Shown piece by piece: positions 51,084 to 61,085 of a stretch of 64,000 nucleotides of DNA. Below the pieces are notes generated by a model. The model was given only the letters and a program-made list of their open reading frames with translations. It made no database searches and was not told the origin of the DNA. The position numbers and the translations under genes are program-made. The DNA comes from Syntrophales bacterium (GTDB taxonomy: Bacteria; Desulfobacterota; Syntrophia; Syntrophales; UBA2210): the NCBI GenBank assembly GCA_963666365.2, contig CAXXNF010000001.1:448001-512000 (forward strand), in the 5' to 3' direction. Position 1 is the first letter of the stretch, and the number at the start of each line of letters is the position of its first letter.

Positions 51084-51265
51084 GTTATTTGGTCATTTGG
51101 TTCATTCTTTTTGGGTGCAGGGAGGAACCCTGCTCACTACAAAAGTATACTCTGTTTCACTTCATAATCATCAATATCCAGATTTTCAAATTTCAATTCT
51201 TGTCATTCCAGGCATATAAGTTCTTTCCGCAAATCGATTACAGAAATTAGTTGTCCCCTTGATTT

Positions 51266-51736
51266 TCAGTGTTCAGGATAGGTAGTAAGAGGCGGCGTCG
51301 TGATGGAGACTCGATTCTCCCCCATCATTTGTATCGTGATGTGTAAGCCCATGATAGAATACCAATCTCCGATCTTCAATCCTTGATCATCATGAATATC
51401 GAACCCTTGAAGAAAGAACATCTGTTCCATTGCTTTGTGCTGCATGTTGACAACGAGCTCTTTCATACCAGCATCGTCAAGATCCTTCCTCTTCCACAAA
51501 TCCGATTCCAACGTCCGGTTTTTGTTTAAGCCCATCAACGCGTTCGGATGGGCTTCGGGTCCGCTGATGTAATAATGCTTCTCAGGGTCAACCCGGAAAG
51601 AGGTATAGGATTCAGTGGCTTCCTGACTGGGGCGAAGGTGCCCATAGCGTCCGCCGGCAATTCTTGTCGCAACCATGACGACTGCCAAAACGCCGATACA
51701 CAGGATGATGATTATCTGTATGCTCATGGCTTCCAC
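51266..51736 (-). CDS. Hypothetical exported or membrane-anchored protein
   Basis: 156-aa ORF with an N-terminal hydrophobic segment. Confidence 0.7.
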   Translation of the reverse strand: MEAMSIQIIIILCIGVLAVVMVATRIAGGRYGHLRPSQEATESYTSFRVDPEKHYYISGPEAHPNALMGLNKNRTLESDLWKRKDLDDAGMKELVVNMQHKAMEQMFFLQGFDIHDDQGLKIGDWYSIMGLHITIQMMGENRVSITTPPLTTYPEH

Positions 51737-51741
51737 AGTAT

Positions 51742-52329
51742 CTATTTCCTTTTGATTCTCGATGTTTTGGAACTCGTCGTACCATTACCATGCATTCGGA
51801 AGAATTTTGGGAAAAGCATGGGGGTCTTTCTTTTATAATCCAGGTACTGTTCGCCAAGACGCCTTTCCAGTTCCGGTTCTTCTATCAGTTTGAATTCCAG
51901 AATGCTGCAGCAGATAAAGGCGGGCCCAAAAACGAACAGTAGTGAGGGAGATGCCATAAAGAAGGCGACCGCGAAGAGGATGAGGAACACACCCGCAAGC
52001 ATAGGGTTTCTGACATAGGCATAGGGACCGCTGTTGACAAGTTTTACAGGCGGATTGACCGGTACGGGAGTCCCCCCCGCCTTTGCGAAATGCAGCACCG
52101 ACCATCCCCACAGAAAACCGCCACTGGCAAGCAACGGCACGGATGCCACATAATTCCAGGGATATTGCAGAGGCAGTGCCCTATGGAAGAATGCATCGGC
52201 CTTCAATGCAAGAAGTATGACCAGTACAATGAGTAAGAGGAAAAATGCGGCAAAGACCGGCGTATACAGCATTCGAGTATGCTTTCTTCCCGTTGCGGTT
52301 CGGTAAATAAAGTCAACGATTTGTTTCAC
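51742..52329 (-). CDS. Isoprenylcysteine carboxyl methyltransferase/PEMT family membrane protein
   Basis: GTPVPVNPPVKLVNSGPYAYVRNPM and EEPELERRLGEQYLDYK; GTG start inferred. Confidence 0.88.
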   Translation of the reverse strand: MKQIVDFIYRTATGRKHTRMLYTPVFAAFFLLLIVLVILLALKADAFFHRALPLQYPWNYVASVPLLASGGFLWGWSVLHFAKAGGTPVPVNPPVKLVNSGPYAYVRNPMLAGVFLILFAVAFFMASPSLLFVFGPAFICCSILEFKLIEEPELERRLGEQYLDYKRKTPMLFPKFFRMHGNGTTSSKTSRIKRK

Positions 52330-52568
52330 GCCACAGCCTTTATGTTCCTGCAGGGTGTTCAAACGGAATCTACCACTATTATGAAAGAGGTTGTGTCTCT
52401 GCTTTTCTGCACACCGGGTCTCCCCGTCGGCCAGACTTCGGAATAATGTGTCGGATGGATTGGAGAAGTGGAGGACGTTCAGCCGCACCCTGAATGGCTC
52501 AGTATCTTTCTACAACAGTTATTATGAAAGAAGAGATAGAGTATCCTTCCGAAAATATGACAGATATA

Positions 52569-52715
52569 TTATTTGAACCCTTCCACTTTTTCCCTTATGC
52601 ATCCTACCAGCATCTTCATCTGTTCCTCATCCAACTCAGATAGGAAAGAAAGATCCTCTTCGGTCATAAGGAGTCTTTCTATGATTTTTACCAGCTCATC
52701 CTTTGACAACTCCAT
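52569..52715 (-). CDS. 48-aa small helical protein (not in ORF track)
   Basis: MELSKDELVKIIERLLMTEEDLSFLSELDEEQMKMLVGCIREKVEGFK with an upstream AAGGGGA RBS-like sequence. Confidence 0.65.
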   Translation of the reverse strand: MELSKDELVKIIERLLMTEEDLSFLSELDEEQMKMLVGCIREKVEGFK

Positions 52716-52840
52716 TCACAGATCCCCTTAATCTAAAGTAAAACTGGTCTTGAGTGTATCATACTTCAGAAATGCTCACGGTATATTTTATTGAGAACTT
52801 TCTTCACGCCTGTGTGAAATCCATCACAGATGGTAACAAT

Positions 52841-52875
52841 AATAATCCCTCCTTCGTAACAAAGGAGGGATTATT
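52841..52875 (-). terminator. Intrinsic terminator after the peroxiredoxin-like operon
   Basis: 14-bp inverted repeat AATAATCCCTCCTT/AAGGAGGGATTATT. Confidence 0.7.
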
Positions 52876-52953
52876 GTCTTCATGTGCCTTGCAGGTAAAG
52901 CCGGCACAGCCGGCAGAGTCTAGCCCCTTCCCCGTCTTACTCAGACTTTCTCT

Positions 52954-53229
52954 CTAGCTGACCAGGGCCTTCAGCGCATCCATTACCGGGGCCGTGAAGA
53001 GCGCCACCAGCACCGCGTAGAGCGCGAAGGAACCGACGGCTTCGCTCATGTAGATCTTGGAGTATTTATGCTTCAGCGAGGTGATGATCAGACCGCCCAC
53101 CACCAGGCAGCCCAGCTGGAAGTAGGGGAAGTTCCCCGCCGTCGATGCCACATACTCGGCAAAGCTGAAGGATACCGTAATCAGAACCACGAAGACCGCC
53201 ATGATCAGTGTCTGAAGTGTTCGTTTCAT
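52954..53229 (-). CDS. Small membrane protein
   Basis: 91 aa with three hydrophobic segments; AGGAGG RBS; 22 bp downstream of the peroxiredoxin-like gene. Confidence 0.8.
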   Translation of the reverse strand: MKRTLQTLIMAVFVVLITVSFSFAEYVASTAGNFPYFQLGCLVVGGLIITSLKHKYSKIYMSEAVGSFALYAVLVALFTAPVMDALKALVS

Positions 53230-53251
53230 ATCATTTTCCTCCTTGCCCTCT

Positions 53252-53737
53252 CTACCCCATTCGCTCCTGATTCAGCTCATCCAGCTTGGAGAGCAATTCA
53301 CTGTTTTCGGCGATATCCTTCATTGAAGTTCCATAGTGCCGGTAGCGAATCATGCCGTTCTTGTCGATGATCAGTTGTGCCGGCATGCGCCCCAGTTTAA
53401 AGATCTTGACCTCTTGCCCGTATAGTTTCGACACTGTGTGCTCCGGATCTGCCAGTCCAGTGAATGGCATGTCCTGTTCGTGCCACCAGGCGGCGAACTT
53501 CTTCCGGTTTTCCGGGCCGATGACAATGATCTCGGCGTCTCTTTCAACAAATTTCCGATAGTCTCGACGCAACTGCGCCATGTGCCTCCGGCAGAACGGT
53601 CAGGCAAACCCGCGATTGAAGATGAGAACGATCTGTCTGCGCCCCTTGAAACTCGAAAACCTGACCGTCGTTCCCTCGCTGTCGATAAGCTCGAAGTCGG
53701 GGGCCGGTTTAGGATTGATCTTTTCAATTTCGCTCAT
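53252..53737 (-). CDS. Peroxiredoxin-like (AhpC/TSA) selenoprotein, UxxC motif, Sec at codon 46
   Basis: GGAGG RBS; MSEIEKINPKPAPDFELIDSEG...IVLIFNRGFA-TGA(53602-53600)-PFCRRHM is in frame with ORF 53252-53581. Confidence 0.92.
53565..53580 (-). promoter_or_regulatory. Putative SECIS of the peroxiredoxin-like gene
   Basis: TGGCGC-AGTT-GCGTCG hairpin; loop starts 26 nt after the UGA. Confidence 0.6.
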
Positions 53738-53828
53738 GCTGCAACCTCCCGTTTTTATGGTGACACAACTATAGAGAGGATGCTCTTACAGGATTGACGC
53801 CCTGACAAACAAACGTATCAGAATTTGG

Positions 53829-56768
53829 TCAACCGTCGTTTCCCCCTTCAAGCACCTCTCGGATCTTCTTCGATAAATCGGTCATATTCACCGGCTTTTG
53901 GATAAATCCGTTGCAGCCCCGGGCCATGATCTTCTCCGCCTCGCCACTCATACTGTAGCCGCTTGCGAGGATCACCTTGATATCCGGATTCATTTCCTTG
54001 AGGCGGTAAAAGGTTTCGCTTCCATCCATCTCAGGCATTATCATATCTAATATGGCGAGATCGATCTTCTCGCCCTTTTCCTCATAGACCCTGATCGCTT
54101 CCTTTCCACCGCGTGCCGTCAGAACCTCGTATCCCGCATATTCCAGCATCGCTTTTGTCACATCGATGACCGTTTGTTCATCATCGATGATTAATATTGT
54201 CTCGTGCCCCCTGAGAAGCGTCGATTCTGTCGGCTTTTCCTTAAGGACTTCCTTGAATGAAGCGGGCAGGTAGATCGTGAACGTGGTCCCGGCGCCTTTC
54301 TCGCTGGACACACTGATGTGGCCTTTATGGTCCTTGATGATTCCGTATACCATTGCCAGTCCGAGGCCCGTCCCCCTGCTCATCTCCTTCGTGGTAAAGA
54401 AGGGTTCGAAGATCCGTTTCTGTGTCTGGTTGTCCATACCCACACCGGTATCGCTCACGGCGACGGTGACGTATCTCCCTGATTCCAGTTCAGGATGCTC
54501 CTGGTCTCTCTTTGTGACGACAAGATTGGCCGTCTCGAGATAGAGGCGCCCTCCCCCCGGCATGGCCTGCCAGGCATTGATGAGGAGATTCATGACAACC
54601 TGCTCCATCTGCGATCTGTCCGCCTCAACGGACCAGAGATTTTGCTCATGCTTTTCGTGGATTGAAATCTCTTTTTTTGACCTGCCGAAGAGAATTAGGG
54701 TTTTTTCCACAACTTCTTTCATGTCTATAGGCTTCAGTTCATATCTGCTGCCCCGGGCAAATCCGAGGATGCGTTTCGTCAGGGCCGCCCCCGTCACCAC
54801 CTGTTCTTCAATCGCCTTCATCCGGACATACCGGGGATCACTCGCGTCGGTCTGCATAAGCATCAGGGAGGCATTTCCCTGAATCGCCATGAGCAGATTG
54901 TTGAAATCGTGAGCGATGCCCCCCGCAAGCGTGCCGATGGCATCCATCTTCTGGCTCTGCTGGAGCCGGTCTTCGAGCCGTTTATGTTCGGTGACATCCA
55001 GGGCGGTAAACATGATGCCATGGGGCCAGTCGGTGATATCCATAGGAGACGAGCTCAGGAGTATATCGATGATGCGCCCGTCCTTGCATCTCCATCGCGT
55101 TTCAACCGTTCCCATTCCTTTCCTCCGGATCTGTTCGGAAAGGGCATGGCTCACGTTTCGAAATTCTTCGACTGATGGATAAATAAGGCGGGAGCTCTGC
55201 CCCAGCAGCTGATCCTCCGAGTACCCCAGCATGCGGCAGAACCGTTGATTGACAGCGATGAACACCCTGTCGACGACAATGCCGATGCCGATAGGCGCCG
55301 CACGGAAGAGGATCTGAAGCTTCGCCTCGCTCTCCCGTAGTTCCTCCTCCGCCTTCCTGCGGTCGGTGATGTCCCGGGCCACGGCATAAATCATCTTTGA
55401 CACGGGATAGGAACGCCACTCGATCCAGCGATAGGAGCCGTCTTTATGGCGGTAGCGGTTTACGAAATTCAACACCTCCTTTGCGTCCGCCAGTTGGGCC
55501 ATCACCGCCTCTGTGACTTCCCTGTCGTCGGGATGGACGAAATCAAGAAATGGGGCGCTTTCAAGTTCCGAAAGGGAATAGCCGAGCGCTTTTTCCCACT
55601 CCGGATTGAGGCGGCGGAAATATCCGTCCATATCCGCGATACAGAGAAGATCGAGACTGCCTGTAAAGTAGTTGTCCAGTTCAGCAGTCTTTCTCCGCAA
55701 TGCTTCCTCTATTGTTTGCCTCCGCTTGATTTCACCCACCAGAAAGCGGTTTCTGAACAGGATGGTGAGCAAGAGGCCCACACTGACTAAGAGAATGCCG
55801 CCTACGAGCAGAAGCCTGTTCCTGAAACTCTTCAAAGGCGCCAGCACCTCATCCTCGGGGGTGGCGATCACAATGGACCAGAAGTTGTTCCCGAGATTGA
55901 CGGGCATGTATACGGCATGTTTTATTGTTGTGGCGACAACCTCTCCCCGGACGCGGTCATACCGGTAGGTCGTGACACCCTCCTCGCCGCGCGTCATCTT
56001 CCGTGCCATAGCGAGAATGTCGGGGAAATCACGGCAGTTGTCAAAAACAGACCTTCCTTCATGACCGGGGACCGGGCAGGAGAGTTCAATCCCTGTCTTG
56101 CTGATCATCCACGCGTAGCCCCCTTCGCCGATGCGGATGTCTTCGATATAGCGCTTGGCGATATAATCGAAGGGGAAGAGAAGACCGATTGTCCCGTTGA
56201 AGGCGCCGTTTTTTTCTATGGGAACATAGAGCACGATCGTCTTGAAACCACGGTGGTTCGTGAACACGTCGCTGACGGCAACATCGCGCGTCCTCTTCAC
56301 CGCCTCGAAAGTCTCTTTTACCGCCACGGGGCGACCTATCACGTTCGGGTCGCAGGGCTCGGGATGCACAATGCGTCCTTCCCGGTCAATCCGTGTTATG
56401 ATACTGATTTCTCCGGCGTGGGCGGCGTGATAATCCCGCATGATTTGTTTCCCCGTCTCATCGAGATCGATAAAGTGTTCGCTTTTCGCGAACTGCCGCA
56501 GCATGGCGACACGGTCATTGAAAAACGTCTCGATCCCTCTGACGGTCTGTTTTGCCATGATCTTTTGTCTTTCATTGAAATTTTGTATCAGTTCCTCTTT
56601 GACATTCTCATACATCAGGTAGAGCAGGGCATAGCTGACCACCGCGAAAAGAGCAAACAGGACGATGAAGATTCCGTAGGATCTGATAAAATGAAATGCA
56701 GTCCCCTTTTGCATAGAGGCATCTCCTGCTTTTGCGCTATGGATGGCGGACATTGCTTCTGTTGACAA
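53829..56768 (-). CDS. Hybrid sensor histidine kinase (Cache, 2 PAS, HisKA, HATPase, REC)
   Basis: Two TMs, GIAHDFNNLL, FEPFFTTK, GTGLGLA, C-terminal receiver ILDMIMP. Confidence 0.93.
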   Translation of the reverse strand: MSTEAMSAIHSAKAGDASMQKGTAFHFIRSYGIFIVLFALFAVVSYALLYLMYENVKEELIQNFNERQKIMAKQTVRGIETFFNDRVAMLRQFAKSEHFIDLDETGKQIMRDYHAAHAGEISIITRIDREGRIVHPEPCDPNVIGRPVAVKETFEAVKRTRDVAVSDVFTNHRGFKTIVLYVPIEKNGAFNGTIGLLFPFDYIAKRYIEDIRIGEGGYAWMISKTGIELSCPVPGHEGRSVFDNCRDFPDILAMARKMTRGEEGVTTYRYDRVRGEVVATTIKHAVYMPVNLGNNFWSIVIATPEDEVLAPLKSFRNRLLLVGGILLVSVGLLLTILFRNRFLVGEIKRRQTIEEALRRKTAELDNYFTGSLDLLCIADMDGYFRRLNPEWEKALGYSLSELESAPFLDFVHPDDREVTEAVMAQLADAKEVLNFVNRYRHKDGSYRWIEWRSYPVSKMIYAVARDITDRRKAEEELRESEAKLQILFRAAPIGIGIVVDRVFIAVNQRFCRMLGYSEDQLLGQSSRLIYPSVEEFRNVSHALSEQIRRKGMGTVETRWRCKDGRIIDILLSSSPMDITDWPHGIMFTALDVTEHKRLEDRLQQSQKMDAIGTLAGGIAHDFNNLLMAIQGNASLMLMQTDASDPRYVRMKAIEEQVVTGAALTKRILGFARGSRYELKPIDMKEVVEKTLILFGRSKKEISIHEKHEQNLWSVEADRSQMEQVVMNLLINAWQAMPGGGRLYLETANLVVTKRDQEHPELESGRYVTVAVSDTGVGMDNQTQKRIFEPFFTTKEMSRGTGLGLAMVYGIIKDHKGHISVSSEKGAGTTFTIYLPASFKEVLKEKPTESTLLRGHETILIIDDEQTVIDVTKAMLEYAGYEVLTARGGKEAIRVYEEKGEKIDLAILDMIMPEMDGSETFYRLKEMNPDIKVILASGYSMSGEAEKIMARGCNGFIQKPVNMTDLSKKIREVLEGGNDG

Positions 56769-57033
56769 CTACAGTATTCCCCGGCAGGCGGCATGATGCA
56801 AGGCGCCGGGATATCTGATACAAACCGGTTGTGTGACACTGAAAATATACACTGATCGCCATTCGCAGTCAATGTGCAAGAACTGAGGAACTGACCCCCT
56901 CTTTTTCTCACACACTCCGTCAAGAATTTATAAAGATATTTAATCGTTTCACCCGGCCAAGACCGGGAATTGACAGTTTGCGGCGTCACTGGTCAAAAGT
57001 CAAATTCTTTACCGGTACCTCCCCAATGCTTGA

Positions 57034-57062
57034 TTGACAAGAACCCGCTTTATCGATATTGT
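57034..57062 (+). promoter_or_regulatory. Putative sigma70 promoter
   Basis: TTGACA-N17-TATTGT upstream of ORF 57173. Confidence 0.5.
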
Positions 57063-57172
57063 GCGCGATCAAAATAAATTGCGCATTTTACCACGTGTCA
57101 TTATCTGACAATGCTGCAAAGCAAAAGGTTGTATGAACGGTAACAAGGTCAGTCACAGAAGGGAGGTACCTT

Positions 57173-57547
57173 GTGATGAGAAAAAAAGGCGTTTTTGTGG
57201 GTGTATGTTGTGTCTGTGTGTACCTGTTATTGAGCGTTGTGACGCCTGCATACGGTGCCGGTTGGAGCCCGGTGGTAGGAAATGAATATACGCAGAGTGA
57301 CGGTCCCAGCACATATCTGTGCAGCGGGGATGGTCGCGTGTATGAGGAGATTGCCTTGCGTTTCAAGGTAGTGGAACGCGCAACTATAGAGTATACTTAT
57401 TATGATAACACCGGAAAGTATATTGCGGGAAATAGAATATTCCTTGAGAAAGATCAGACAACAGATCTCATAACGGGGTGCGTGTTTTTTATTCGACAAG
57501 GAAAAGTGAGAATCGAAGACATGCAACCGGCATCCAACATGTACTAA
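57173..57547 (+). CDS. Hypothetical secreted protein
   Basis: GGGAGG RBS, signal peptide ending AYG, 124 aa. Confidence 0.65.
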   Translation: MMRKKGVFVGVCCVCVYLLLSVVTPAYGAGWSPVVGNEYTQSDGPSTYLCSGDGRVYEEIALRFKVVERATIEYTYYDNTGKYIAGNRIFLEKDQTTDLITGCVFFIRQGKVRIEDMQPASNMY

Positions 57548-57570
57548 AATGACCCACAATTCAGAAGATC

Positions 57571-57602
57571 CGGCAGGCGTCCGCAGCGTCGGACGCCTGC
57601 CG
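57571..57602. terminator. Perfect GC-rich hairpin between convergent genes
   Basis: 13-bp inverted repeat CGGCAGGCGTCCG/CGGACGCCTGCCG with no U-tract. Confidence 0.5.
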
Positions 57603-57656
57603 TGGAAGTAGTTCACGAGACTGCAGATACTATGGTTCTATTCGGCTTTCTCTGGG

Positions 57657-59219
57657 TTAACAGCGCATGCCCCGTTTTTTTGTTCCCAGATTTGTTCTCT
57701 CAAGGTCGAACACCGTTTCAATCCAGTCGCAAAGAAGCGGTCTGGTTTCCCGGGGATCGATAATATCCTCGATGCCGAAATGCTCCGCCGCCCTGAAGGG
57801 CTTCGCGAAACTTCGATAATACTCCTGTAACTTGTCATGGAGCGCCATGGGGTCTTCCGCCGCCTCTATTTCAGCCTTATGAGCGGCGAAAACTCCCCCT
57901 TCTACAGGGATATTGCCCCAGTATGCGGAAGGCCATGCATAACGCCAGTTAAGTTGTCGGGGATCGGACTGGGAACCTCCCGCTACGCCGAAGCATTTTC
58001 TTACATAAATCGACGCCCATGGTATGGTTGCCTGCAATACAGAAAAACTGGCCCTCACCCCTTTTCTGATCGTTCCATATTCTTCCGACTGGATGCCGAG
58101 AAAAAAACCGGGCTGATCGACAAGATTGACTATGGGAACATGAAATGTATCACACATATCTATGAAACGCTGATATTTCTCCGCCACATCCCAGGCAAAA
58201 GATCCCGCTTTGAACCGGCTGTCATTCGCCAGAACTCCCACCGGATATCCATTCAAGCGGGCGAGAGTGGTTATCTGGGAGCGCCCTTGATACTTTCCGA
58301 TCTCAAAAATCGAACCCTTGTCGAACACACATTCTATGACTCTCCTCATATCGTATGTTTTTCTTCCGTCCCGGGGAATAATGGAAGATAATTCCTCTTC
58401 CCTCCTGTTTCGGTCATCCCTGTCGGCGTACTTTCTCGCCGGCATTTCCCATGCGTTCTGCGGCAGGTAATCAAGAAACCGCTTTGCCTGGGCTATCGCG
58501 TCTTCCTCGCTTTCCGCCTCATTGTCGACGACACCGCTTTTACGCGTGTGTATTTTGTATCCCCCCAGTTCTTCCTTTGTAACCTTCTGGCTCTGGGCAA
58601 ACTGGACAAGAGGCGGTCCGCCCACAAAGACCTGGCTTTTTTCTTTCACCATAACCGAGAAATGGGCCTGTACCGTCAACAGCGCCCCAATCCCCGAAAC
58701 CGGACCCAGCACAATCGACACCATCGGTATTTCGGACATCATGTCCGCAAGCATGCCGGGCGCCACATCATTGATATAGGGAAGTTCCAGATAGCCGATC
58801 TGTGCCACCTCCCTGATCGTTCCCCCGGCGCCGTCAAGCAGTCTGATCAACGGCAGTCGCATCTCATGCGCCATTTTCCCGTTGTACGCCAGCTTCGCCT
58901 TATACATTCTTCCTACGGATGCGCCACGTATGGTAAAGTCATCGCCCTGCACGATCACTCTTCTGCCGTTGACCTTGCCTCTGCCTATTACAATCGGACA
59001 GGGAGTCAGGCTCTCAAGATCCTGGTTGTTATTCGTGTAGTTCGCTTCCCCCGCCATAACGCCTGTTTCAATAAATGTATCTTCATCAAGCAACGCCTGT
59101 ATCCGTTCTCTTACAGTCATTTTTCCCTGATCATGCTGCCTTTTGATGCCCTTCTCCCCTCCCAGTTGATATGCGATTTCCTTCCTTTTCTCAATTTCTT
59201 CTATTTCCGTTTGCCACAT
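57657..59219 (-). CDS. Acyl-CoA carboxylase, carboxyl transferase subunit
   Basis: QHDQGKMTVRERI, DDFTIRGAS, VFVGGPPLV, LVDQPGF, IIDPRETR. Confidence 0.92.
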   Translation of the reverse strand: MWQTEIEEIEKRKEIAYQLGGEKGIKRQHDQGKMTVRERIQALLDEDTFIETGVMAGEANYTNNNQDLESLTPCPIVIGRGKVNGRRVIVQGDDFTIRGASVGRMYKAKLAYNGKMAHEMRLPLIRLLDGAGGTIREVAQIGYLELPYINDVAPGMLADMMSEIPMVSIVLGPVSGIGALLTVQAHFSVMVKEKSQVFVGGPPLVQFAQSQKVTKEELGGYKIHTRKSGVVDNEAESEEDAIAQAKRFLDYLPQNAWEMPARKYADRDDRNRREEELSSIIPRDGRKTYDMRRVIECVFDKGSIFEIGKYQGRSQITTLARLNGYPVGVLANDSRFKAGSFAWDVAEKYQRFIDMCDTFHVPIVNLVDQPGFFLGIQSEEYGTIRKGVRASFSVLQATIPWASIYVRKCFGVAGGSQSDPRQLNWRYAWPSAYWGNIPVEGGVFAAHKAEIEAAEDPMALHDKLQEYYRSFAKPFRAAEHFGIEDIIDPRETRPLLCDWIETVFDLERTNLGTKKRGMRC

Positions 59220-59250
59220 TTCAAGGACTCCCTTAATTATTAATTTATAA

Positions 59251-60795
59251 TTATAAATACTTATCGATGCTTTTCCGCAGCTCTTTTTTGTTTATTTTTC
59301 CGATAAGCGTTTTTGGTATGTCTTTTTCAATGATGATTTTTGACGGGCGTTTATAATCGGCGAGTCCTTCATTGATACGCTGCCTGATAGCATCGGGATC
59401 AAGGACGACGCCGTCTTCAGGCACGAGGAATGCAACACCGGTCTCCCCAAAAATCGCATGGGGAATCTCGATGACCGCCGAGGTGTTCACGCCCGGACAG
59501 GCATTCAGGAAAGATTCTATCTCCAGGGGATATACGTTATATCCTCCACTGATATACATCTCCTTTGAACGTCCCGCAAAGTGCAGATAGTTATTCTCAT
59601 CCAGGTAGCCCAGATCACCGGTTCTCAACCATCCATTTGTAAAAGAATCCCTGTTACTTTCTTCATCCAGGTAGCCTGCGATCACGCTGTCCCCCCTAAC
59701 CAGGAGTTCCCCTACCTCTCCGGGCTGTGCCCATGTTCCGTCATCCTTTCTGACTTTCATCTGAAAACCGGAGCCCGGGGCGCCTTCCGTTTCGGCCGCA
59801 ATCTCCAGGGGATCATCAGGTTTCGTAAAGGTGAAAAATCCCGCCGTCTCGCTCATGCCCCAACTGGCGACGATCTTCGAATTGGGGAAGACGGTGCTGA
59901 TCTTATAAATCAACTCGGGCGGTGACGGTTCACCGGAAACGATGGCAATGCGCACGGAACTCAGATCATAATGGCTGATATCGTCATTCTTCATCAGGAT
60001 GCGATACATGGTGGGCACACCGCCGAAATAGGTAATCTTGTATTTCGATATGAATTCAAGGACCTCTTTCGGGTCGAATCTAGGGCAGAGAATACCCGTC
60101 GACCCGGCATAGAGCTGTATTGCTATCAGATCGTGCGTACCCGCCACATGACTGGTGGGCATGTTGACCAGTACGCGGTCTGAATGAGAGATTCCCCACG
60201 AATCCACACTGGCCTTTACAATGGCAAAAGAATTTTTGTGATTTATGACGGCGCCTTTAGGAACGCCCGTGCTGCCGCTGGTAAAAATGACGACCAAAGG
60301 AGCGTCAGGGCTCGGATGTGCATCTTCCGGCACAGATTCGCTGGATCCCTGCAGCAGTTCCTCGTAGGGTTTGCATGCATTGTAATCGAGCATTCCAAAA
60401 TATGAGTATACGTAATCAAAATGCACCTTCCTGACCAGATCCTCGGCGGCACGTTTTATGGTATCCGGAAAGGCCAGGCTTACTAGCAGCCTCGGATGTG
60501 TTCTTTCGCAAAGATCAGCCATTTCCGCCGAGGTGAATCTGGGATCGAGCGGAACAAGCACCAGTCCTATCGCAGCGGCCGCCATATAGATATTCATAAA
60601 TGCGGGGGATTGCGGCAGGATGGTGGCGATCTTGTCGCCCTGATGCAACCCGAGGGACAAGAAGCTATTGGCGACACGATTTATGTCTTCATTTAATTCC
60701 TTATACGTGGTTTCCTTGCCCATAAAGACATATGCGATGTGATCAGGCCGTGTCTTTGCGTGGGTTTCAACAACTTCCGAGAAATATCTTTCCAT
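59251..60795 (-). CDS. Acyl-CoA synthetase (AMP-binding)
   Basis: FTSGSTGVPKG, WGMSET, LRTGDLG, GRSKEMYISGGYNVYPLEIE. Confidence 0.92.
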   Translation of the reverse strand: MERYFSEVVETHAKTRPDHIAYVFMGKETTYKELNEDINRVANSFLSLGLHQGDKIATILPQSPAFMNIYMAAAAIGLVLVPLDPRFTSAEMADLCERTHPRLLVSLAFPDTIKRAAEDLVRKVHFDYVYSYFGMLDYNACKPYEELLQGSSESVPEDAHPSPDAPLVVIFTSGSTGVPKGAVINHKNSFAIVKASVDSWGISHSDRVLVNMPTSHVAGTHDLIAIQLYAGSTGILCPRFDPKEVLEFISKYKITYFGGVPTMYRILMKNDDISHYDLSSVRIAIVSGEPSPPELIYKISTVFPNSKIVASWGMSETAGFFTFTKPDDPLEIAAETEGAPGSGFQMKVRKDDGTWAQPGEVGELLVRGDSVIAGYLDEESNRDSFTNGWLRTGDLGYLDENNYLHFAGRSKEMYISGGYNVYPLEIESFLNACPGVNTSAVIEIPHAIFGETGVAFLVPEDGVVLDPDAIRQRINEGLADYKRPSKIIIEKDIPKTLIGKINKKELRKSIDKYL

Positions 60796-61085
60796 ACAAC
60801 ACCTCCCTGCAAAATTTTATATGCCCCTTGAATACAGTTTCCTTTTTCAAAGAAACCGCCCCGGATTCATTACGTATGTACTTTGAAGTGACTGTTGTTT
60901 ATGGAATAGAGGAGATTACATGCACCCCGCGCCCTAAAGGCAGTCTTCCTGTAGCAACTTGGCAGGAAAGTGTAAATCGGGATAATCCCCTTTTTATATC
61001 GGGAGGAATCCGATGGCCCATCGGGAAAAACGTGACGATGTGTCGGCGCCCGCTTCAGGATCTCTGAATATGCGCATGAAGGCGG

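Noticed and set aside
57571..57602. Hairpin as a REP element or IS200/IS605 end
   Set aside because: Single copy in the window with no HUH transposase nearby; a terminator or stability hairpin is simpler.
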